Shown here piece by piece: positions 1 through 11,067 of a stretch of 64,000 bases of DNA. The translations under genes were made by a program, and so were the position numbers. The notes under the pieces are model-generated. The model was not told the DNA's origin and did no database searches. It saw only the letters and a program-made list of their open reading frames with translations. The stretch comes from Polyangiales bacterium (GTDB lineage Bacteria > Myxococcota_A > Polyangia > Polyangiales > Ga0077539). Numbering within the stretch: the stretch's first letter is position 1; each line of letters opens with the position of its first letter. The stretch spans positions 186,284 to 250,283 of the forward strand of contig JAXLYI010000006.1 in assembly GCA_046351555.1 (NCBI GenBank), written 5' to 3'.

Positions 1-2215
<2,215 letters not shown>

Positions 2216-2239
2216 GCGTGAGCGCGGGGCTCTGCTGGC

Positions 2240-3136
2240 ATGTGGCGTGCGTTCTCGAGCGCCATGCTCGCGCGCGAGGGACCCACGGGTCGGGTGCCGA
2301 TTCTGCTGGTGTTTGGTGTCGCAGCGTTCGTCGCCTGCACCGCGGAGCCCGACGCTTCGTCGTGGGGAGACACCTGCATCGCAGGCGATCGGCGCTCCTG
2401 CGGAACCGACGCCGAAGAGACCTGCGGGCCCGATCGCGTCTGGGGGCCGTGCCTCCCAACGCCGGAGTGCGCGGTGGGCGCCTCACGGTCTTGCTTCTGC
2501 TTCCTCAGCGCGGACATGGGGACGCAGACCTGCGAGCGGGGTGTCGATGGGGACGTTCAGTGGCGCCCGTGCTGCTCTCCATCAGGGTTCTCACCGACGA
2601 CGGCCTGCGCCTGCAAGCTGGGTTGCTGTGGTGAGGCGGGGTGCGCGCGGGGCAACGCCGCCGACGCCTGCGGGCCCGAGGGGCAGGCTTGCAGGCGCTG
2701 CGGCGTCGGGGAGCTTTGCATCGGCCAGCGCTGCGTGGCGGCCCCCTCGGGCTTCACGCTCGTGGTGGTGCGGACCTCGGTGCCCCTCATCGACCCGTCG
2801 GGGCGCGGCTGCCCGACGTGGGACTGCGGCGGCGGGGCTGCGAGCGCGCCTGACCTCTACGTGCGCGAGACCGACCGCTTCTATCGCACCCTCACGATTG
2901 CCGACTCCGCATCGCCCGAATGGAACGAGGTCGTCGCCGCGGGCCTGACCGCCGCGGAGCTCGCCCGGCCGTTCCGCTTCGAGGTCGTCGATGACGACTT
3001 CGGCGGGCTCAACGAGAGCGACGTCGTCGGGACCTTCCCGGTCACGCTCGCCCCCGAGCAGATCGCTCCGGGGAGGTTCGAACTCACGACGCGCGTGGGA
3101 GGCAGGGATGCGACCCTCACCCTCGAGATCCGCTGA
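2240..3136 (+). CDS. Cys-rich lipoprotein with C-terminal C2-like beta-sandwich domain (paralog 1)
   Basis: Signal peptide with lipobox (LLVFGVAAFVAC). Cys-rich N-terminal half. C-terminal 130 aa show a C2-like pattern (PDLYVRE..., SPEWNEVV, FEVVDDDFGGLNESDVVG). Confidence 0.7.
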   Translation: MWRAFSSAMLAREGPTGRVPILLVFGVAAFVACTAEPDASSWGDTCIAGDRRSCGTDAEETCGPDRVWGPCLPTPECAVGASRSCFCFLSADMGTQTCERGVDGDVQWRPCCSPSGFSPTTACACKLGCCGEAGCARGNAADACGPEGQACRRCGVGELCIGQRCVAAPSGFTLVVVRTSVPLIDPSGRGCPTWDCGGGAASAPDLYVRETDRFYRTLTIADSASPEWNEVVAAGLTAAELARPFRFEVVDDDFGGLNESDVVGTFPVTLAPEQIAPGRFELTTRVGGRDATLTLEIR

Positions 3137-3152
3137 CCTCCGGGCTGGTCCG

Positions 3153-4052
3153 GTGGCGCGTGGAGGCGCCACGGGTGGCGAGCCCGGTCGCCGGCCACGC
3201 GCCCTTGCGGCGTGGTGGACACGGGCGCTCCTTGCGGCCGTTCTGCCCTGCTGCACCAGCGCCGACCCCGGCCGCGCGGCGGTGGGCGACTGCACGCCCG
3301 GCGAGCACGCGACGTGCGCGTGCGACGGGTCGCAGGGCGTCCGGGTGTGTCAGCCCTCCGCGGCCTGGAGCGACTGCCTCTGCCTATCGCAATGCGCCAA
3401 CGGCGAGGCGAGGATCTGCACCTGTGACCGCGCCTGGGGGCAGCAGTTCTGCGACCGGGGGCGGTGGGCGGAGTGCGCGTGCCCCCTGTGGCTGCCGCAC
3501 GAGTCCGACGGGGGCGCGTGCCCGTGCCGCGTGGGGTGCTGTGGCGACGGCGTATGCCGCAACGGGAACGCCCCCGACGCGTGCGGACCCTCCGGGCAGG
3601 TGTGCGCCCGCTGCCAGGCGGGCGAGCTCTGCGTCGGGCAGCGGTGCTCGCCGGCGCCGACAGAGGGGCTCTCGCTGGTGGTCGTGGGCGCGTCCCTGCC
3701 GTCGTACGACCCGACGAAGCGGGGCTGCTCGACGTGGGACTGCGGCTCCGGCCCGGGGACCGCCCCGGACCCCTTCGTGCGCGACGCCCGCCTTCCCTTC
3801 CGCACCGTCTCACTGCCGAACGCCTACTCGCCCGAATGGAACGAGGTCGTCGCCACGGGCCTGACCCCCGCACAGCTCTCGGAGCCCTTCGTGCTCGAGG
3901 TCATCGACGACGACAGCCCCGAGCTGGGAGCCGACGACTTGATCGCGCGCTTCGAAGTCCGCCTGCTCCCCGCGCAGCTCGTGCCGGGGCGGCTCGTGTT
4001 CACGAGCGCGACGGGCCAGTCCCGGGTGTCCCTGACGCTCGAATTGCGGTGA
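3153..4052 (+). CDS. Cys-rich lipoprotein with C-terminal C2-like domain (paralog 2)
   Basis: Paralog of 2240-3136 with the same architecture (CARCQAGELCVGQRC..., PDPFVRD..., SPEWNEVV, VIDDDSPELGADDLIA). In-frame GTG at 3153 just after the upstream stop. An alternative ATG at 3108 overlaps gene 1. Confidence 0.65.
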   Translation: MARGGATGGEPGRRPRALAAWWTRALLAAVLPCCTSADPGRAAVGDCTPGEHATCACDGSQGVRVCQPSAAWSDCLCLSQCANGEARICTCDRAWGQQFCDRGRWAECACPLWLPHESDGGACPCRVGCCGDGVCRNGNAPDACGPSGQVCARCQAGELCVGQRCSPAPTEGLSLVVVGASLPSYDPTKRGCSTWDCGSGPGTAPDPFVRDARLPFRTVSLPNAYSPEWNEVVATGLTPAQLSEPFVLEVIDDDSPELGADDLIARFEVRLLPAQLVPGRLVFTSATGQSRVSLTLELR

Positions 4053-4254
4053 CAGACCGCCGCCTTCTCAGCCGACGCGCTCGGTCGATGCACGTGTCCG
4101 ACCGCCACACAACGCGCCGCAAATTCCGCCGCCGTGCGCGCGCTCGGGTCTGGTGCGCGGCGCGGCCGCGGTGATCCACTGGCCCTCGCGGGCGACGTTC
4201 GCGATGGGCGCGGACGACCCGTTGACGCCACCGTTGACTCCCCGAGGTGCACCG

Positions 4255-5046
4255 ATGACCGACGCCGCAGAGAAGCTCCCGACCCCCGACCTGTCGAAGC
4301 GCGTGCTCGACGCCCAGAAGGACGGCGACCGCCTCGCCGCCATGGCCCGCCAGCACGCGCGCGGCGTCGGGGCCGCCGTCGCCGAAGCGCTCGGTCCCGC
4401 CCACGGCGCCGCGATCGAGGCCGCCGTGCTCGCGCTCGCGGAGAAGGTCACCTCGCTCAACGAGGCGATGGTGTCGGCCGACGTCGCGCTCTCCGTCGAG
4501 CTCGCCGACGACGCCGCCCCGCGCGCCGCCCGCGACCGCCACGAGAAGGAGGCCCGCGAGGCCGTGGTCGACGTGCGCGAGCGCGTCGTCGGGATGTACG
4601 GCCAGGGCGTCCTCACCACCTTCCTGCTCGCGAGCGCCGCGCCGAAGGACCCCAAGCAGCTCGTCACCTGGGTCGAGCGCGCGGCCTGCGCCGTCGAGGC
4701 GGTGAAGGTCGACGCGCTCCCGGAGTGCCGCATCGAGGGCGCGAAGCCCACGCCGAAGAAGTGGGCGGCGCTGCTGCGCAAGCCCCTCGCGCCGCTCCAA
4801 CGGGCCCTCCAGGACATCGACCGCGAGGCCGCCGAGGCCGTCTCCGCGCTCACGGCGCGCAACGCGAAGCGCGACGCCTTCGAAGCCTTCGCCCCGCGGG
4901 CCGGCGAGCTCCTCGACGGGCTCCTCCGCTTCGGCAACATGGACGACGAGGCCGACCGCCTCGCGCGCCCCGTCGCCTCGCCCTCCAACGACAACAGCAA
5001 CACGCCGACGCCCGACGACCGCCCGGCCGACCCGACCCCCGCCTGA
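4255..5046 (+). CDS. Hypothetical protein (charged, Ala/Glu/Asp-rich)
   Basis: Coherent ORF with balanced K/E/D usage. ATG at 4255 is preceded by GAGGTG. No recognisable domain. Confidence 0.5.
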   Translation: MTDAAEKLPTPDLSKRVLDAQKDGDRLAAMARQHARGVGAAVAEALGPAHGAAIEAAVLALAEKVTSLNEAMVSADVALSVELADDAAPRAARDRHEKEAREAVVDVRERVVGMYGQGVLTTFLLASAAPKDPKQLVTWVERAACAVEAVKVDALPECRIEGAKPTPKKWAALLRKPLAPLQRALQDIDREAAEAVSALTARNAKRDAFEAFAPRAGELLDGLLRFGNMDDEADRLARPVASPSNDNSNTPTPDDRPADPTPA

Positions 5047-5095
5047 ACGGCGCCCTCCCCTCCCGCAGCCCCCCTCCACACGCGACAACCCCTCG

Positions 5096-5240
5096 GAAGG
5101 CCTCCCAAGCTCGGCCGTGGTTTCGAAACACGCCCGGGGAGGCCTTCCCACGGCACTCCCGCGGGCGAGAGACCCGTGGGGAGGCCTTCCCACGGCATTC
5201 CCGCGGGCGGCACTCCCGCGGGGAGGGCCTCCGTCGGCGA
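5096..5240. repeat. Intergenic direct and inverted repeats (GGGAGGCCTTCCCACGGCAYTCCCGCGGGCG twice, plus GGCCTCCC inverted copies)
   Basis: Seen directly between the convergent genes 4255-5046(+) and 5309-6022(-). Likely a bidirectional terminator or REP-like element. Confidence 0.55.
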
Positions 5241-5308
5241 TGCGTCGCGCGAGACCTGTTACGGGCTCAACCCCTTCGCGCACGTGGGGTTAGCGCTGAC
5301 GACGACGC

Positions 5309-6022
5309 TCAACCGCGCTGCGTGTGGCGGGCGAGCTCGGCGCGGAGGCGGGCGACCTCGGCTTCGGCCGCGTCGGCGCGGGCGCGCTCGGCCTCCTTGG
5401 CGGCGCGCTCAGCGTCGGCGGTTTCCTCGGCGGTGGGGAGGAGCTCGTCGCCGTGGGGCCCCATCGCGACGCGGAGCCTGGGGTGCCCGTCGAGGGTGAC
5501 GAGGCGGATCCAGCAGCCGAGCTCGCGCGACTGGACGCGGTCGCCGTCGCCCGCGAAGACCCGCACGAACCCGCGGCCCCGCACCCGTCGAAACACCTGC
5601 CAGCGCACCCGCCTCGCGTGACGAGGCGGCGCGCCCGGGTCGAACACGACGACCTCCTTGGCGCGCATGGCGTCGTAGTCGTCGGGCGCCTCGTCGTAGT
5701 CCTTCTTCCACTTCGCGCTCACCACCTCGAGCGCGAAGGCGGGGCGGTGCCCTTCCCACGTCAGCCATGTGGCGCGCTCGGGGTCGGTGCGCGCGACCCC
5801 GTCGACCACGTACACGTCCGGCGCACGACACCGCGCCGGCTTGCCCTGCTCGAAGTACCAGAACTGGTTGCCCGCCACACGCGCCACCCGCCCCTGACGC
5901 GCGAGGAAGGACGCCAGCAACGGCACGAGGAACGTCGCGATGTTGAACTGCGTCTCGTGCTCCCCCATCTCGTCCGTCTCCGGGTAGACGACCGGCGCGG
6001 GCAACGGCTTCGCGGTCTCCAT
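5309..6022 (-). CDS. Uma2-family (DUF820) putative PD-(D/E)XK endonuclease
   Basis: Translation METAKPLPAPVVYPETDEMGEHETQFNIATFLV...ALEVVS...KDYDEAPDDYDAMRAKEVVVFDP matches the Uma2 family layout. Confidence 0.6.
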   Translation of the reverse strand: METAKPLPAPVVYPETDEMGEHETQFNIATFLVPLLASFLARQGRVARVAGNQFWYFEQGKPARCRAPDVYVVDGVARTDPERATWLTWEGHRPAFALEVVSAKWKKDYDEAPDDYDAMRAKEVVVFDPGAPPRHARRVRWQVFRRVRGRGFVRVFAGDGDRVQSRELGCWIRLVTLDGHPRLRVAMGPHGDELLPTAEETADAERAAKEAERARADAAEAEVARLRAELARHTQRG

Positions 6023-6144
6023 GACGGCGTTTGTACCACGGGCGTCGCCCTCGCTGTTGCGGAGCGCGCCCGAAGCCGGTTGATGGGGTGAGGACGTCGG
6101 CGCTCCCATCCGCAGACCTCGGCGACGGATGGGCAGGTGCGATC

Positions 6145-6620
6145 ATGGCGATGGAACCTCGTTGGAGCGCCGCGGAGACGGAGTGGTCGGGCTGGATCGA
6201 TCGCGTCTTCCTGCCGGGGAGTTCGTCGGAGGGCCGCCCGCGCACCCCGACACGCTGGCGGCTTTCGAAGCGGAGCACGGCCTGCTGCCGCCGAGCGTGC
6301 GGGAGTTCTGGCGGCGTCACGCCTTCGCCCGCACCAAGACCGACCTGATCATCGCCTCGCCGGAGCCGTCGCCGGGGCGCTTCTCCGGCCGGCCGCGCGT
6401 CCATGAGTTCGGCGGGCGCGCCTTCCTGGCGATCGCGGACTCATGGCGTTACAGCCCCATCTGCCTCGTCGGCGAGAGCGCGCGGGGCCGTGGCGCGACG
6501 AGCTCGTCCGGGCGTACCCGACCTTGCGGGAGTGGTCCCCCCATGTGGTCGCGACGTTCGACGACCTGCTCGTCGACTGGAATTTCCGCCGCTGGGAAGC
6601 CACCACGGAAGGCACCTGAG
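6145..6620 (+). pseudogene. SMI1/KNR4 (SUKH-1)-like gene interrupted by two frameshifts in G-runs
   Basis: Three frames join into one sensible protein: MAMEPRWSAAETEWSGWIDRVFLPG / EFVGGPPAHPDTLAAFEAEHGLLPPSVREFWRRHAF...ICLVGESARG / WRDELVRAYPTLREWSPHVVATFDDLLVDWNFRRWEATTEGT*. The frame switches sit at GGGG runs near 6216-6219 and 6484-6487. Confidence 0.55.
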
Positions 6621-6790
6621 GCGGCGACGCGCGGGCTGACGCAGCGATCCGCCACGGTCTGTCTCCCCGAACCGAAGGTGACCGTCACGTCAGCGTCGTG
6701 AGAGGCGGATCGGCCGAAGACGGATCCGACTCCTGCAACGGCGCGGGCGGGCGTTGGAGGCCCGCGGCCTCATGCAGTACAACCCCGTCG

Positions 6791-7594
6791 ATGCAACCGA
6801 CAGCCGCGGCACAGACGCCCCGTGCCCTCCGCGCCGGTCGCGCGCGCCGCACGTACGCGCCCGCCGTCGTCCCGCTGATGCTCGCGGCGTCGCTGCTCGC
6901 GCTCCCGGTCTCGCTCCCGGCCCAGGAGCTCGCCCCCGAGGCGCCGCGGCGGCGGACCCGGTTCGGCGCGTGGCCCGTGCTCCCGTTGGGCCACGCGTGC
7001 CCGTCGAGCGCTGACGCTCTGCCCGCGCAGGGCAACTTCCTGAGCATCCGGAAGTTCTCCCCCGTCGACGCGCTCCAGGGGTGCAGCGCCCGGTGGAACG
7101 ACGGGCTCCACCGGCAGTTCTTCCGCGGGAGCCCGCCGAGCCGGCGCGGCGTCGAGTGCCTCGGCACCACGTTCGGGGTCAACCACATGATCGACCTGCG
7201 GCGCCCCGACGAGATCCTGTCGGACTCGCGGTTCGGGGGGTTCCGCTCCGAGGAGGAGGCCCTCGCCGACTTCAACCAGCGCCACCCGGAGCGCCCCATG
7301 CGCTACTTCAACGTTCGAACCACGCGCGAGACGCCCGACGAGAACCAGCGGCAGATCGAGAACGTCGTGCGCTACGTGCAGCAGTCGCTGCGCGAGGACC
7401 CGACCGCGGTCTTCTACCTCCACTGCCGCGCGGGCCGCGACCGGACGGGCGTGATGGTCGCGGCCATCGAGTCGCTCGTGGGCGGGTGCCCGTGGCCCCA
7501 GGTGCGGAGCCGGCTCTTCTCGTTCCGCTTCTCCCGGAGCTACGCCCGCCCGCTGCTTGGCCCGCTCCAGCGCGCCATCGGGGTGGAGCCGTAG
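6791..7594 (+). CDS. Secreted protein-tyrosine/dual-specificity phosphatase (CX5R)
   Basis: Signal peptide (AVVPLMLAASLLALPVSLPAQE). The catalytic P-loop YLHCRAGRDRTGVMVA matches the HCX5R(S/T) PTP signature. Confidence 0.7.
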   Translation: MQPTAAAQTPRALRAGRARRTYAPAVVPLMLAASLLALPVSLPAQELAPEAPRRRTRFGAWPVLPLGHACPSSADALPAQGNFLSIRKFSPVDALQGCSARWNDGLHRQFFRGSPPSRRGVECLGTTFGVNHMIDLRRPDEILSDSRFGGFRSEEEALADFNQRHPERPMRYFNVRTTRETPDENQRQIENVVRYVQQSLREDPTAVFYLHCRAGRDRTGVMVAAIESLVGGCPWPQVRSRLFSFRFSRSYARPLLGPLQRAIGVEP

Positions 7595-7632
7595 CGCCGG
7601 GCGGTTTGCGTGTAGGCTCCGTCGCCAAGCAA

Positions 7633-8027
7633 TGGAGCCCGCCGATTCGTCCCGCGTCTTCCGCGTGCAGATCTACTACGAGGACACCGACCACTCGGGC
7701 CTCGTCTACCACGCCAACTACCTGAAGTACTTCGAACGGGCGCGCGAGCACCTGCTCGGCGTCGACGAGCTCGTGCGGCTCTACCGCGAGGAGTCGCTCG
7801 GCTTCGTCGTGTACAAGTGCGAGCTCACCTTCCGCGAAGGCGCGGTGTTCGGCGACACGCTGGAGGTGCGGACGACGCCGCGCCTGGAGAGCGAGTACCG
7901 CGTGGCCTTCCAGCAGGACGTCTACCGCGGCGACAAGCTCCTCGTGCAGGGCCAGGTGCAGATGGTGTGCGTCGACGGTCGCCGCCAGCTCGTGAAGCTG
8001 CCGCCCTCGGTCACCGCGCGGCTGTAG
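7633..8027 (+). CDS. ybgC: Acyl-CoA thioesterase, YbgC/4HBT family
   Basis: MEPADSSRVFRVQIYYEDTDHSGLVYHANYLKYFERARE... is the hotdog-fold YbgC signature. It is followed by a TonB-like gene. Confidence 0.8.
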
Positions 8028-8073
8028 CGCGGACGGCGCGCCCTCCCGGCCCGATGTAGCATCCAACGTCCTC

Positions 8074-9255
8074 ATGAGCGCCGTGACGCAACGCCCCCGC
8101 TGGTTTGCCGCGTCGTTCGCGGCGCACGGGGCCGTCCTCGCGCTCCTCACGCTCCTGCCGCGCCCGGCGGAGCGCCCCGCCGCGCTCGTCCCGCTCGCGC
8201 CCGCGGAGCTCGCCTTCGCGCCGCTCGCCGCCCCAGAGCCCCCGCCACCGCCTCCACCGCCCGCGGCCGCGACCGAGCCCCCGCCGCCTCCGCAACCCCG
8301 CGCCCCGCCGCCGCGCGTCGTCGCCCGCCCTGCGCCCGCGCAACCTGCTCCTGCGCCCGCGCCAGCGCCCGCGCCCGCGCTCCCGCCGCCGCCCGCGCCG
8401 CCTGCCCTGCGCGCCGCGGACGTGCTTCGAACCAGCGCCGCGCTCGCCCCGTCGCTCGCGCTCGCCGCGCCCGCGCCCGACACGCGCGTGGGCCCCGCGC
8501 GCGCCGACCTCTTCGGGGGCGCGGGCGACGCGCCGCAAGGTGAGCTCGCGCGCCTCCGCGCCGCCACGCAGGGCTACGTCGGCGAGGCCCTCGCGTCGTC
8601 CACCGCCCGCGAGGCCCCCGGCGTCCGCTCGTACCTCTGGAACGTCCGCCGCCGCATGACCGAGGCCTGGCGCCCGGGCGTCGTGCGCGTGCCCAACCTC
8701 GGCGAGACGCTCCTCGCGGGCTTCATCCCGCCCGAGCGCGCGATGCGCATCCTCGGCGAGCGCTTCATGCGGCGGCAGCGCCAGCAGCTCGAGCCCACCG
8801 CGCGCGCCGCCGGCGCCGTCGACGCGATCGAGTCCATCGGCGGCATCGCCGGCAACGGACCGAGCGGCCGCCAGAACGTCCCTATCGACGCGGGCCAGGA
8901 GTCGTGGCGCCGCAACGTTCGAACGACCCGCGCCGAGGTGCAGGTCGACCAGGACCCCGCCGGGCACATCCTCGACGTGCGCGTGCTCCACTCGTCGGGG
9001 ATGACCACCTTCGACCAGGCCGCGATGGACGCCGTGCGCAACGGGCTCGCCGAAGAAGACCCCGTCCCCCTCCCCGGCGGCCGACGCTCGCGCTGGAGCT
9101 TCACCGTCGTCGCCACCCGCCGGCTCCTCACCCTCAGCGTGGGCGGCACCTTCGACGAGTCGCGCGGGTGGTTCTCCGTCCAGCTCCCCGGCCAGGTGAG
9201 CATCCGAACCCGCGTCCAGATGGAGTCCTCGGCCGCCCTCCCCGCCGGCGGGTGA
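8074..9255 (+). CDS. TonB-family protein (Pro-rich spacer plus TonB C-terminal domain)
   Basis: N-terminal TM helix, a long Pro/Ala-rich region, and C-terminal ...VQVDQDPAGHILDVRVLHSSGMTTFDQAAMDAVRN... typical of the TonB_C domain. Confidence 0.7.
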   Translation: MSAVTQRPRWFAASFAAHGAVLALLTLLPRPAERPAALVPLAPAELAFAPLAAPEPPPPPPPPAAATEPPPPPQPRAPPPRVVARPAPAQPAPAPAPAPAPALPPPPAPPALRAADVLRTSAALAPSLALAAPAPDTRVGPARADLFGGAGDAPQGELARLRAATQGYVGEALASSTAREAPGVRSYLWNVRRRMTEAWRPGVVRVPNLGETLLAGFIPPERAMRILGERFMRRQRQQLEPTARAAGAVDAIESIGGIAGNGPSGRQNVPIDAGQESWRRNVRTTRAEVQVDQDPAGHILDVRVLHSSGMTTFDQAAMDAVRNGLAEEDPVPLPGGRRSRWSFTVVATRRLLTLSVGGTFDESRGWFSVQLPGQVSIRTRVQMESSAALPAGG

Positions 9256-9366
9256 GCTGTTCCATTTCGTGACAGACGCCACAGGCGTGACACCCGGCGC
9301 AGCCCGCGCTCACGCTGTCTTTCAGCCATTTCGCGCGGCACGGGGCGTGTAGACAGCCTCGGTCGG

Positions 9367-11067
9367 ATGCGCCCCTCGCCCCGCCACCCGACGGCCGTTG
9401 TCGCGAACCGCCCTCCTGGCCGACAGTGGCACGGCATGGACCTCCCCTCCCCGCCCGCGCCCTCGACCACGCTCCGGCGCTACCAGCGGCTCGCCGAGGA
9501 GGGTGACGCCCACCTCGCCGCCGTCCTCCGCCTCGCCGCCAACGCCCTCGGCGCCCCGCACGCGCTCCTCGCCCGGCTCGACGGCCGCCGCCGCGCCTTC
9601 GACGCCGTCGTCGGCATGGAGCGCCGCGCGGCCGCGGCGTTCGTCCCGCTCTGCAACTACGCGCTGCTGCACCCCGAGGGCTTCGCCGTCGCCGACGCGC
9701 GCACCAGCGAGGCGCTCGCGGGCTTCCCCGCGGTCGCGTCGGGCGCCGTTCGCATGGTCGCGGGGGGCGCGCTGCGCGACGCGCGCGGCGAGCTCGAGGG
9801 GGCCTTCGTGGTGTTCGACCCGTCGCCCCGCGCGCTCACCGCCGCGCAGCGCGAGGGCGTCGCCGCCGCCGCCGAGGCGCTCGCCCGCCACCTCGCCCAC
9901 GCCCGCGAGCTCGACGCCGTCCGCGCGCGCCACGCCGACCACCTGCGCGACCTCGACGTGCTCCGCGGCGTCTTCCGCGGCGCGCGCCGGCTCGCGGTGG
10001 TGACCGCGGGCCCCGACGGCCGCGTCACCGCGCTCAACGAGGGCGCCGCCGCGCTGCTCGGCCGGCCGGTCGCGCCCGCGGGCCTCGCGCTGGAGAGCCT
10101 CTTCGACCGCGACGAGTGCGCGCGCGTCGCCGCCGGCCTCGGGCTCCCCGACACGCCCGTGGGCCGCGGCGAGGCCCTGCGACGTCTCGCCGCCGAGGGC
10201 GACGGCGACAGCCGCGACTGGACGTGGCGCCGCGCCGACGGGGGCCCCGCGCCCGTCCACGCCACCCTCCACGCCGCGCGCGACGAGGACGGCGCGCTCG
10301 CGGGCTACGTCGCCGTCGCGCAGGACATCACCGAGCGCCTCGCCGTCGCGCGGCTGAAGGACGAGTTCATCGCCGCGGTGAGCCACGAGCTCCGCACGCC
10401 GCTCACGTCGATCCGCGGCGCGGTGGGCCTCCTCGCGGGCGGCGTCGCCGGGCCCCTCGCGCCCGACGCCGCCGAGCTCGTCTCCCTCGCCGCCGAGCAG
10501 TGCGGCCAGCTCGAGCGCCTCGTCGACGACCTGCTCGACCTCGCCCGCCTCCGCGCCGGGCGCGTCGAGCTCCGCCGCGTCGAGCGCGCCGTCGGCCCCA
10601 TCGTGCAGCACGCCGTCGCGCTCCACGGGCCCTACGCCGCCACGCTCGACGTGACCCTCGCCGTCGCCGATGACCCCGCCACCCGCGCCGCCGCCGGCGC
10701 GCGCGTCTCCGTCGACCCCGACCGCGTGGTGCAGGTGCTCGCCAACCTGCTCTCCAACGCGGCGAAGTTCTCGCCCCCCGGCGGCGTCGTCACCGTGCGG
10801 ATGCGCCGCGCCGGCGCCTCGGTGCGCGTGCTCGTCGAGGACCGCGGCCCCGGCGTGCCCGAGGCCCTGCGCCCCCACGTGTTCGAACGCTTCATGCGGG
10901 CCGACCCGCCGGGCGTCGACGGCGCCCGCGCGCGCGGCACGGGCCTCGGCCTCGGCATCGCGAAGGGGCTCGTCGAGCGCCACGGCGGCGCCATCGGGTT
11001 CGAAACCGAGGCCGGCCGCGGCAGCACCTTCTGGTTCGACCTGCCCACCGTCGGGGGCGCGCCGTGA
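9367..11067 (+). CDS. Sensor histidine kinase (GAF/PAS plus HisKA plus HATPase)
   Basis: H-box FIAAVSHELRTPLTSI and G-boxes DRGPGVP / GTGLGLGIAKGLVERHGG. An alternative ATG start at 9436 (MDLPSP...) is possible. Confidence 0.85.
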   Translation: MRPSPRHPTAVVANRPPGRQWHGMDLPSPPAPSTTLRRYQRLAEEGDAHLAAVLRLAANALGAPHALLARLDGRRRAFDAVVGMERRAAAAFVPLCNYALLHPEGFAVADARTSEALAGFPAVASGAVRMVAGGALRDARGELEGAFVVFDPSPRALTAAQREGVAAAAEALARHLAHARELDAVRARHADHLRDLDVLRGVFRGARRLAVVTAGPDGRVTALNEGAAALLGRPVAPAGLALESLFDRDECARVAAGLGLPDTPVGRGEALRRLAAEGDGDSRDWTWRRADGGPAPVHATLHAARDEDGALAGYVAVAQDITERLAVARLKDEFIAAVSHELRTPLTSIRGAVGLLAGGVAGPLAPDAAELVSLAAEQCGQLERLVDDLLDLARLRAGRVELRRVERAVGPIVQHAVALHGPYAATLDVTLAVADDPATRAAAGARVSVDPDRVVQVLANLLSNAAKFSPPGGVVTVRMRRAGASVRVLVEDRGPGVPEALRPHVFERFMRADPPGVDGARARGTGLGLGIAKGLVERHGGAIGFETEAGRGSTFWFDLPTVGGAP

